Assembly (NCBI GenBank): GCA_965178125.1
Contig: OZ237775.1
Span: 310,001 to 374,000, forward strand
Direction of reading: 5' to 3'
Length of the DNA: 64,000 nucleotides
Source of the DNA: Bilabrum cf. latius
Lineage: Eukaryota
The notes under the pieces were generated by a model. It was not told the DNA's origin, made no database searches, and saw nothing but the letters and a program-made list of their open reading frames with translations. The position numbers were made by a program, and so were the translations under genes. The first letter of the stretch is position 1. Each line of letters opens with the position of its first letter. Below, in pieces: positions 20,806-31,800 of the stretch.

Positions 20806-23800
20806 ATGAATGCCCGGTGCGTAGCTATACGCAGACAGCAGTACCGATAGTTTGTTTGTTCGAGTCTCTTGTATCATAGCATTCGACGGATTCAGTGCAG
20901 TGCCTGCGTGGTATCACCATGCATTCGCACACGTCACAGGCAAAAAGCCAGCCGGGTGGCAGCTTTGAAGCAATGGATTCACGCATCTGCTGCTTCTGGC
21001 CGCACAACAAATCACTACCGGGTCCTTGGCGTCGCTCAGTCGGCAAGTACGGAGCAGATCCGCGGGGCATTTGCGAGACGCGTAAAACAGCTGCACCCTG
21101 ACGCGCAGAATGCCGGTTCAATCTACACAAAGAGTGGCCATGAGGAGTTCATATCACTTGTGGCAAGCTATGAAGTGTTGCGCAACCCAGGGAAGCGCGC
21201 AGAGTACGACCGAGAGGTAGCTGGTATGGGACCATCCGGAACTGGCGGCCACGCCTCGCCGCGGCCACAGGACCACAGGGACCCCTTTGGGTACGAAAGA
21301 GGTTTTCACGACCCTGACTTCCAGGATCGGGATCCGGGACCAGGTGCAACTTACTCGCGCAGTGAAAGCGGCGCTCGCCATCAGCGCCCTGCCAGTGCCA
21401 GTGATCCAGGGTTCGAAGAGGGAGCGGATTTTGGCATGGGAGGAGACTGGGCCCGCGCTGCAAGGATGGACCAGGAAGCGCACTCATCACACAGGTCGCA
21501 CACGTGGAACGAGCACGAACGTTCCTCAGGTGGCTGGGACCGACAGGCCCCCACCGGACAGTCCGGTGGGCACGGCAGGCCAGGCCCAAGCGCAGGCGCA
21601 GAAGCCATGGATCTGCTGAACGACGTCGCCGCTGCCTTGGGCCCTGCTGCTGTCCGGCACCTCCTGCGACCAGAGGTGCTCAGGGCCAGGGCGGCAACGG
21701 ATCCCAAGGGCGTGTGGGCGCGGCTCCTGCTCCTGTACGAGGGCGAGGGGCGCGGTTTCGACCCGAGGGGGGGTCAGTTCGACCCGAGGGGGGGTCAGTT
21801 CGACCCGAGGGGGGGTCAGTTCCAGCGGTGGGCCGAGGCGAGGACCAGCGCCCCTGCGAGCAAACTGGAATTGAATCGGAGCCGTGAGGCATTTTCCGAG
21901 GTTTGGCCGCGGTCGGTGTCGCTGGAAGAGCGCACGAGGCCGGGGGCGACTGACGACCTGCTGCACGCGTGCGTGGGCCGGCGGACCGTAGGGGTTGTAA
22001 GAGGCAGGACGGTCCCGAGGATTGGTCCCGGCGATGTGACGAGTGTGTCACTTCCTGGTCCTGGGGAGGCTCAGTCTCAGCTGCCCGCCGCTGCTCCAGC
22101 GGCTCCGGCCATAGCAGGTGAAACGGATGGGACGGCTCCTGATGTCGCGGCAGTCAGTGGGGCTGCGGCTGACGGGGGTGCTGGCGGCGCACGGACCGAG
22201 GCGATGAACAAGCAGCAGCTAAAGCATGAGTAGCCTCCCGATCGTGGGGGGAACAAGGTGAGATGCAATGATCGAGCAAGTCCTGGGCCAACTGCCAGTG
22301 GTCAGCGCGATAGTGGATTTCAGACGTCTCGCGCTTCCACTGGTACAAGCCATGGCCAGCCTAAGGGCACAAGCACGGACACAGGTGGCTCGGCGACTAA
22401 TAGCAAGACGGTGAATGCCCCAAGCAAGGGTACGGTCGGTTCAGGTGACTCGCCTGAAGGTGACTCGCCTGAAGGCGGCTGGGCGGACGAGGAGTTTGGG
22501 GCTGCTGCAGCGGCGTGGAGGCAAGCTGCCGCGTCGGCTGCATTCGTAGAGGGCGGCGCCGCGCACGCGCATGGAGGTTCCGCGAGCGCGGCGGTCGGGG
22601 GGCGGAGCTCCAGCCTCGTTGCAGGGAGGTACGACCGGCTGGAGTTTCATTTCCTTGGTCGTGTGGTGGCCAGCGCCGTCATGGTGGGCGACGGCGGTGG
22701 AATCTTCTCTGGTGCCGCCCGCGATTTGGACAGTGCAGGGAGGGCAGCATCCTGGGCGACGAAAGAAACAAACGACGCAAATTAGTCAAACATGACGAGC
22801 GGAGCAGGGGTAGAGCAAGAAATGGGTGGACAGAGTGGGTAGCCTGTCCGTGATGCTGCCACTGCCACCACGGGCGGTGAAGAAGTAAAGGGACAACACA
22901 CCACAGCAACAACGGACGGCGGCGACCTTGCCCAACCAGAAAACGAGTTGTCTGATGTTGGGGCGGTTGAACGTGCCAATGCAGCTGCATACTCGCACGG
23001 GGCGCCGTCGTCTGCTGAGAGCCAGACTTCGTCCGCTGGCCCCAGCCGCCGCGACGCTGACCCAAACTATGTGAGCCAAGACGTCGATGTTAATTTTCGA
23101 ACGGCTGGTGCAGTTGGGTGGGACAAGGCTTTCAACCGACCTGTGTCTGACTACGTGCTCTTGCTAGACCATAGCTCGCTCGACGGGATCGAGCGGCCCA
23201 TGGCGGTGATGCTTCCAGGCGAGTGGATAGGCCCCTCGTTCGTCAGGCCCATCGTCGGCTGTGACAGCGAGGGCTACCCCTTGCGGGAAGAGCTCCAGGT
23301 GAGACAGCCAAGTCAAAGGGATGTTAAAGCCCAAGAGCCTTTGGAACAGCGTGCTCATTCTAGCGGTGATGAGCGGGACACGGATGGCGAAAAAATCAGT
23401 CGAGATGCAGGCAAGAAAGCTGGTCTATAGGAGACACAAGCTGCGCAGACGCAAAGTGGAAGCGAGTCTAGAACGACCGCGAACGGTCAGTATAGGCCGC
23501 TGAGACGGTCGGCTGCAGCTGCTGCAGGGCTTGCCATCCGAGGATCTGAAGCGCGGTAGTCGGTGGGCGGCGGCAAAACTACTGGGAGTATTTCGAGTGC
23601 CGATCCATCCTATGATCCCAGTGCCGGGGGTCTCACTGTGTCACAGCGGCTGCCTGCATGGTTCAGGGGCAGCCAGCTCGCCATCCGAGAACGGTACGGC
23701 ATTGGCAAGCAGGCGGAAGAGCAGCAGCAACGTGCACAGAGGGGCATGGAAGAGCAGGGCCGTAGGGCAGGGGAAATCGATATGCGGCAGTTCACGAGGA

Positions 23801-25446
23801 ACATGAGCAGGTTTTTTGGGTGGGGTGATCCCAAGAATGCTTCTAATGAGGCAGAAGGTGGTAAAGACCGCCAGCCCGACGCACGGAGCGAATAGATTGC
23901 TGGCGGTCTTTACCCCCTTCCTGCAGCAACAGACCAATCTAGATCCACGGGGCGAGGCACGCACAGTGAGTAGACAGGCATGTATGGTCCCTAGGCGGGC
24001 ATGAACGACCGTCGACGAGCAGAGGTCCCAAATTCTTGCAGTAACGCAACGCGCGGGTCCGTCCCTCGTATTGGTAGCTGGCGAACTAGCATTCACCATG
24101 ATGGCGTGCAAGCTTTGTCATAGGCCACAGCCATAGATACCATAGCTGCCTAGCCCGTATCTGCAAGCGGAGCTGACCCAGGTGCGTCGAGTTTGCGCAC
24201 CGAAACGATTGGCGCAAATGAGACGGGCGGCGTTTCTGACCTGCTGGATGAGTCTATGCTGGTATCCGCCGGGCTTGCAAGGCCGAGTGAGTCGAGCAAG
24301 AGGGAGGCCTACGATAGAGCACAGGCAGCGATGCAACGTGCCACTGCGGCGCTGGACATGGAGGCTGAATCGCAGCTGATTGGTGAAAGGCCTACTGAGG
24401 CGGATGCAGGGCAGAGTGCTTTAGTTGGGAAACAGGGCCAGCAGGTGATCATTGAGCAGAATACTTCCGATGGTAAGAGGCGATTGCAGCGAGCAAAAAT
24501 GCGCTCTGCTTCTGTGGCTACCGGTGTCCGCAGTGCTGGTTTGAGCGATGTGGAGAATAGGCAGAGTGGACAGCGCGCTGCAAATGCAAGTCAGTGGGTC
24601 AATGGCAACACCACCTATGCTGATGATTCATCTCAAGACGAGCATGATGATCGCGATCAGCAGATGGACAATTCTGGGGGTGGTGAGAGCAAGGGCACGG
24701 GTGAAAGTGATGCATAGCCTGCGAGCAGCGCCGACGTCTCGCTGCGGTTTCTACCGAGGAGGAGCCTTGCCTCCCACAGCATCATCTCCATTGAATCTGC
24801 TCTGCAAACAGAGCTACAATTTATGCGGCATTCCGACGGATTTACCGAAGGCACAGTGGTCCGAAGCATCCTGCCGCACCCAGCCAGGGCGGTGTGGGGC
24901 TCGGTCAGCAGCAGACATGAGGGTGCTGCGTGGGAGCTCGAGACCGTCCGCAGACGGCGACGGCAGCAAGGCACTACTAGTAGCGAGAGTGGCCGCGCTT
25001 CTAGCGGTCAGGACACGGCAGGCTCGGGTTAGAGAAGGGGGATGGGGTGGGTCTTCGAGCATGAGGGCACGCTGCCGCCGCCTGCGTACGTCCTTGCAAC
25101 CGCTGTGGCGAGTCTCGAGCGGGAGTGGAGGGTAGAGCACCGGGCGGCGAGTGACGCTAGGAGCAGAGAATAGCTCCGCGCAAAGATTCCATCTGCTGCG
25201 TTGCATGGCATCCCAAAGGCAGTGAAGGAGGCAGCTCAAATGGCAGCAAAGCGGGTGCATGCTGCTATTCCCACCGAGGAGCAGCGATAGTAGGTTACTC
25301 AATCGGCCAAACATGCTTGGGACAAGGGCAGGATGTACTTTGGGGTTGGTTTGGGCGCAGTACGAGACGTGGGGGTGAAGGCCATGCGGTCGTTTCGGTC
25401 GATTCGACAACGACCCACAAAGGAGCAGCAACGAGGCCGTGATTAA
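20806..25446 (+). CDS. Large J-domain (DnaJ) protein with a possible mitochondrial presequence and a long low-complexity tail, ~1,546 aa
   Basis: NHYRVLGV..IRGAFARRVKQLHPD..SYEVLRNPGKRAEYD. Track ORFs 20869, 22258, 22948, 23563, 24193 and 24823 are one frame broken only by TAG; ends at TAA 25444-25446. Arg-rich, acid-free N-terminus from ATG 20806 (start inferred). Confidence 0.75.
21757..21822 (+). repeat. 21-bp coding tandem repeat x3 (FDPRGGQ)
   Basis: TTCGACCCGAGGGGGGGTCAG repeated three times. Confidence 0.95.
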
Positions 25447-25576
25447 AGCTGCCCAAGCTGTAGTGCCTTGCAATTCCAAGGCTGTTCAGGCAGATGTTGT
25501 CAATGATCCTGGATTGCACTAGCACAGAAATAGTAAACAAACTTTAGGTTTCACGCCACTGGCTCGATCCGGAGTT

Positions 25577-27328
25577 TCAGCTCTTCGACATGTACCAGTT
25601 GTCGGGGAATCCCGCCGCCCGTCTCGCACTCACGTTGAAGGGCGGCTTGATCCCGCCCTTGAAATGCTTCTTCACCAGCGCCAGAAAACAGCTCCTCTTG
25701 ACCTCGACAGATTGAGCACCATCCTCTCTCCCTGCACGGCCCGCGGCAAACCCATCCGACTTGTCCGCGTGTCCATATCTGGATGTTGCGCCCATGCCAG
25801 ACTCGGAGCTAGCAGCCTTGGTGGAGCCTGTGGCTGCCCCTGGGTCTGCTGCTCCGCCCGATGGATCGTCAATACCTTTGCCACTATCAGTCCCACGTGA
25901 GGCCTATTCGCTACTTGGTGCTGGCTCGGTAAGGGCCACGTCATCAGCATGGCTGGTACTGGCCTGCACTGAAGCAGAGCAAGGCTTGTCGCCGGCTACT
26001 ACACCCGCACTGCCGGCACCGAGTGAGGATTCCCCTATGGCGACTGATTCCGCACCGAGTGCCTTGAGGTCGTGCGCCTCGTGTCCCCTGTCGCCGTGCT
26101 CGAAGGTCCACTTGAACCACTTTACCCCAGCTCCAACATGGCCGACCTCGTCCGTGGCGTTGCGCTTGAGCATGTCTGCGTCCGCCTTGTCGCTGGGTGC
26201 CTGTGACCTAGAGAGTCTGCCGTGCATGCCAGGGAACACATCTAGTCCTCGCGCCTCGTGGGTCATGTGCACTGCAACGAGCCGCGCTGCGAGGCTCCCC
26301 CTGCTGCCCCCCGCCGCGTCCCACAGAGTCGGTGTTGCGGCCATGCAGCCGTATTCGTGCCCCCTCCGTCGCAGCGACTCGGCCCACCCCTGAAAATGCA
26401 TGGTCTCTTCCGCGCCAACCTGCACCCAGTCGTCTAGAAACTCCGTGGGCATGCACTGCCGTACTGCGCCGACGTGCGGGGGTGGAGGTTCGCTACCAGT
26501 GCTGAGCGCCGCTTCTGCTTGCCCAGCACCGGCCCCTGAAGAGGAGGCGGATGCATCTTCCGCTTGCCCAGCACCGGCCCCTGAAGAGGAGGCGGATGCC
26601 TCTTCCGCCTGCCCAGCACTCGTTCCCCTACAAGTGCTGCTAGGGGCACTAGTATCAGTGGGTGGTGCTTCGCGCCCCCGGCAATCATACCTGCCAGTGG
26701 CAGCCAATCCGTCATCACTGGCAGGCGTCGATCTGCCTTCTGCTCTCTCGAAGCCGAACCTGGCGACGAGGTCCCAGGCGAGGTCGATGGCGTAGCTCTC
26801 CGCGTGTGCAAGCCCGTGGATTGCGACGACTTTCCGACTGATTCCTTTGGTGTTCGCAAACTCTCCCTTGCCGAGCATTTTTACTTCTGGCGGCCGCGAA
26901 GGTGCGTCCTGCAGGTAGTCATACGATTCGCTTGCAGCTGGTTCTCTAGCTGTAGCGGTGCCTCGATCAATCTTGCAATCACAAACTTTGAATGTCCCGT
27001 CGCTACATACATCTATTGGTCGTGGCGGCAGCGGACGGGATGGAGATTGAACCGCATCCAGTTGGCCCGACCACCACATGATGGCAAACAATGCCGAACG
27101 GGCAGCCTTCTCGACAGCGTTACCATCGCAATTCAGTATATCTAATGATGCTGAGTAAAGATCGCGGACGTTCTTTGGAGGGGTGACAGAAATGGGGCCG
27201 CCAGTGTCGACACGAGTGCACAAGTCATGCATAGCCCCCGAACACAACAACTGATAGAGGGCGCGAGCAACATCATTCCGACGATCTGCCAGACGACGAA
27301 GCTTCCATTCGTGCCTTTGTGGGTCCAT
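25577..27328 (-). CDS. DUF455 ferritin-like di-metal protein, ~583 aa, one in-frame TAG
   Basis: IHGLAHAESYAIDLAWDLVARF, EFLDDWVQVGAEETMHF, HEARGLD and DEVGHVGAGVKWF. The family C-terminal motif KHFKGGIKPPFNVSARRAAGF..WY lies in the same frame after TAG 25904. TGA at 25577-25579; start ATG 27326-27328 inferred. Confidence 0.85.
26513..26620 (-). repeat. 45-bp coding tandem repeat, ~2.4 copies (AGQAE[E/D]ASASSSGAG), inside the DUF455 insert
   Basis: GCCCAGCACCGGCCCCTGAAGAGGAGGCGGATGC recurs with 45-nt spacing on the + strand. Confidence 0.9.
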
Positions 27329-28796
27329 AAAACTTGTGATTTGGTGTGTGAGCAGGAAAAAGCGGCCGAACGTGATTCCGAATGATATTTCCAACAGGCC
27401 ATTACCGTGGTACAACACACCTTGGCTGGCGTGATTTGCTTAAGATATGCTTAAATAAGTGAATTGTTACCAACACAATCGAAAGTGCATGTCGTAGTGA
27501 ATCCCAGAGTGGCGAATGGGTACAGATCGTCAGGCGCGGCCTCCTCCTTTGCAGTATCGCAAACCCACTCGCAAGTGGCTTGAGCTGACATCAAGGGACA
27601 CCTCAGTTGCAAACTGACAGTAAAAGTAGTTCTGGCGGACCGGACCCTCCAAATTGCCACTTTGGGGCAGCCGAGCACTGCGCCAAAAGTGAGGCCAAAG
27701 AACCAAAAACCGAAGAATACACCAATAGCGATCGTGAGTAATTACACCAAATTCGATGATGGACAACTCTAGGCAGTGTCTCCTTCGCTGGGCATTGAAT
27801 CCGCTATAGCTTTTGTTGCAAGATATCAAGACCGCAGCAATCGCCAGATGTTGGTGGACAAAGCCAAGAAATAGACCGAGTCTTATGCAAGCGAGGCTGT
27901 CAATCCGTTACAGTCTGCGCTGTCTGCAGCACAAATACCTGCCCCATCACCACAAACCGCGTAGCAGTCAACTCGAAGGGGTGGGTAGCGAGGGGGGGCT
28001 AGTCCTCCCCGTAGCTCCCTGAAATCGCCTTCCTCGCGCAGGATTGGGCGAGCTGGACGGAAAATCTAACGAGGCGAGGTTACGCCAAAGCGAACCCCAA
28101 CAACTGGACCCGGAGGCTTCAGCGACTGGTCGCCGATCAGCATGCTTGCAGCAACACTAGAATAGCTCGGTGCAGAGACAAACTAGAACTTGATACCCAG
28201 CACGGGGAAACCATGAGTAAAGAAGATTCTTGCGAGTGCGTAACTGGTGACAATGCTCGTATTGATCCGTCCCGGCTTTGGCGCTACGGCAGCTTTCGCA
28301 TCGTGGCTTTACGGGATCCGTGGATGGGCTGCCAATCCAAACCTGATCTGAATCGCAGCGTAGGGCCCGCCACTCATTGGGTGTTGGCCGCGCGCCATCT
28401 GTTTTATCCTTAGGATGTTGATCCGGATTTGAGCTAGACGACTGATTAAACCTATGAATAGCTTTACGCCAGCATAAACATATGATTCCCCCTTATCTTC
28501 TATCCGATCTGGTAGAAACCTAATCTGTATGATCTGCAATTTAGACAAGACTGCCCGAGTTGGCTCGCAATCCTTTTGGCTCCAGAATGACGCCAGAAAG
28601 TTATTTATTTTTCATTCGCTACAAGATATTCTATCAGCAATTGAAAGGCAGCAATTCAAGCGACTCTTGAGTCTAGACACGTTCGAAATTAGAGAAGACG
28701 TCCAAGGAGTCCGATCGGTGAGTCGCGATCTGGTCGAGACAGCTGATTTTACACTTGGCAACGCCAGGCTCGCTTCGACCTCGTAATCTGGATAAC

Positions 28797-28882
28797 GCTT
28801 TAAGGACTAGCTCAGTCCTCTTTCGGTCCTGATCCAGATGCTTTAAGGACTAGCTCAGTCCTCTTTCGGTCCTGATCCAGAT
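28797..28882. repeat. Perfect 43-bp tandem duplication spanning the stop codon of the giant ORF
   Basis: GCTTTAAGGACTAGCTCAGTCCTCTTTCGGTCCTGATCCAGAT at 28797-28839 and 28840-28882. Confidence 0.95.
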
Positions 28883-31800
28883 TCCGACTCGGATGCGTTC
28901 TTCGTAGCACTCTTCCTCATTTTCCGCTACCTCACCTTTTGATTGGTCCTCTTGCTGAGCTACCTGAGCACTCCGTCGATTGTTCCACTGACCGGCTTGT
29001 CCTCGCCGGCAGTGGACTTGACAGCTTTTGACGAGTTTCGGAGCTACTCAATCTTCGCATCAATCATGCTTCGTCGAGATGCAGTCCCTCTACGACCTCG
29101 ACGACCACCGCCCTAAGGGACACCTTTGTTATCAAGCTGCGCTGGCTGAGAAGCAGCCGGGCCACTACGAAGGCGCCCCGCAGACGCAAGAGGGTTGCTC
29201 GACCGGATTTCACCAGACTCCGGCTTGGCCTTGGCCCCCTCCAGTAAGACTTGACGCTCGCTTGGGGTGGCAGATCCCGACAAGGAAGCCACTGCAGACT
29301 AAAGGCCAGTCGCGAGGGCAACCACAGAAGACGCTGCGCTATTGTGCCCACTGGCTGACTCCGCAGGTAATGAAGGCTTAGAACCTTCGGTCGGCTTTGG
29401 CCCCTTGGGCGGCTCTCTCTATTTCGGCCTGATGCTTGGACCAGATCGCAAGTGCTATGCGGATCCATCGGAAGACTCTGGCCGCGCCACCGCCTCGTGC
29501 CCGGAAGCGACTCCAAGTTGCGAAGCAGCCGCCATGCGGCGTCCATTCAAGGGATTTGGTACAGTGGACATTGATGACGTGCCCTTGGCGGAAGCACTTG
29601 CTGCATTTGCGATCGATTCTGCCCTTGTCGCCTTCCCAATCTGCGGCGCAGCCGAAGGATCGAATCGGGTCGGATCCCTCCGATCAGTAGCTGCTGCATC
29701 TGCCAAGCGCTTGGACTATTGTTCCCGGATGACGTCTGTAACATCTTTTGGCGAGCCACGGGGGGGATGCCTGGCAGTACCGCTTTCAAGCTGCGGGCCT
29801 CCGTGTCCTGCCGCGCTAGAGCGGTCTGGCTCACCGCCGCTCCCGTCTGCTCGCGATCCTACCATTGCTAGCGGGGACGTAGTTGATGCTCCGGATGTCT
29901 TGCTTTGAACACAGCACAACGCCGTGACCGCAGCTCCCGCCCCAACGCACAGCGGACTGCATAGCTCCGAAGTCTTCGCGTACGGCACGGCAAGCACACT
30001 GCTTATCACTGCAAAGAATGAATGAAGGTCCGTCCGGAAGTCCACTAGCACGCTTACGAATAGCACACCATTCGCAATCATCATGAACCACGCCGTCGTG
30101 GTCTCCGCAGACATGCCGTACACGGCCAGCGGGTCGTCGCGTCTCTCCAGCCGAATAGCAAATGCACCCAGCAGGGTCAGCAGGGCCACGACAAGCGCCC
30201 GCACATCCAGAGAGTTGAGCAGGTTGTCGTATTCCCATTTGGCAGCCGGCACCTGCCGGACCATGCGGCGGAATCGTGGCACTTCGTCATCCGCAGGCGC
30301 AGTCTCGCTCTCCTGTGAGGATGCAGCAGCAGCAGCAGCGCCCCTTCTTCCGCCCCGCTGCCTCTTTTCTCTCCGGCGTCTCTCCGCTCGCTTCCGCTCC
30401 CTGGCTGCCTCTTCATCCTCTTCGCTGATGATGTATAGGTCTACCTTGTTCCTCGCGCACACAAAGTAGTCGGCGTGTGACAAGTGGTGCTCGTCTAGCA
30501 TGTCGGGCTCGTCGTAGCAGTAGGGTAGCTGTATTCCACCCAGGTGTAGACCTGCGTCATCAGTTTGGATATCGGCTGAGTTGGATGCAGCACTGCCGAG
30601 CTGGGTCCGACGGAGAGGCAGCCGCTCGCCAATTCGGACTTCGCTTGACCGCTGCGGATCACTAGGTGCGGCACTCCTGGCTACAAGCCAACTGGGAAGC
30701 TGGTCGGAATTGGATCCGGCAGAGCCGGATATCTGGCAACTTGCTGCGGCTGATGCTCTGGCCCCGTCCCGTCCGGACGTTCCAGACTATCCTATTTGGC
30801 TCACATCTTTGCCACCGGGCCTGGTCTCAGCAACAAGCGGATTTGCACGTCGGGATTCGAGTAAAGTATGCACGCTGCTCCGGCGTGGTTTCACCTTCTT
30901 GGTATTGTCGGACTGCTCACGCGGCTTGAGCACCTCTCGAATCGACTTGTACGACTCGGAGTCTTGTGATGAGAGTTGGACGGTCTGGGCAGGGACAGCG
31001 CGGGCCCGGTACAGCCACCTGCGGATGGCGTCTCGTCGCTGGGCCTTTCTGTATCTCCGTGCCCGTGCATTGCACGCAACGAAGGGCCAACTAGACAGGC
31101 AGCAATACAGACAAGGGGTATCATCGTAGGGTTTCTCGAGAACGTCCGTCTCGTACAGGATGTAGTCTCTCTACGATGACGTGCCTGCAGTGTCCTCGCC
31201 GATTCCCTCGCTTATTGCCTGGAGGATGGAGCGGCATGTCTCCTTGTGGCGCTTGATCTTCTCTCTTAATGTCTACGCCTACGCTCGCTTCATTGCAATT
31301 GGCCAGTGCAAATGGAGGGCTGGGTCATGCTGCTCCAGATCCGGGGGTGGTGGCAGCCTGGTCTTGATTGCGTCCACCAGGTAGTCGAAGAGATGCTCGC
31401 TCCACTGTCTGTAGGCCGTGTCTTCCATTGTGTCCCATCGCACCTTGACCGCGGGCTGATCATCGGAGCTGCTGTGCTATGAAGCAGCGGCGTTCCCTTG
31501 CGAGGACATCGACGAATTGCGCTGCACAGCGAGGCTTTGCCTCCTGCGTGGTGCTTGGCCACCATGATTGAGATCATTTCTGTTTGAAGAATGCAACTGA
31601 GCTTGATTGGCTTCACCACCAGTTGTACTGTCCAGTGCACCGTCTGTCTCCTCCAGCACTACTTCGTGGTGCGAGTCGATCTTAGGCAGTGGGAGCTTGT
31701 CCTTGGTCAGCCTTGGGGCCTTCTCGTACGGTCGAGCAAACGACTGCAGCCCGAGGTACACCACGAGCACACCTACCATGAACAGGATCTGCACATCTGG

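Noticed and set aside
16269-28882. CRISPR-like array or transposon termini among the short repeats
   Set aside because: The repeats are head-to-tail with no spacers and are mostly in-frame coding. No transposase, reverse transcriptase or cas gene was recognised, and the context is eukaryotic.
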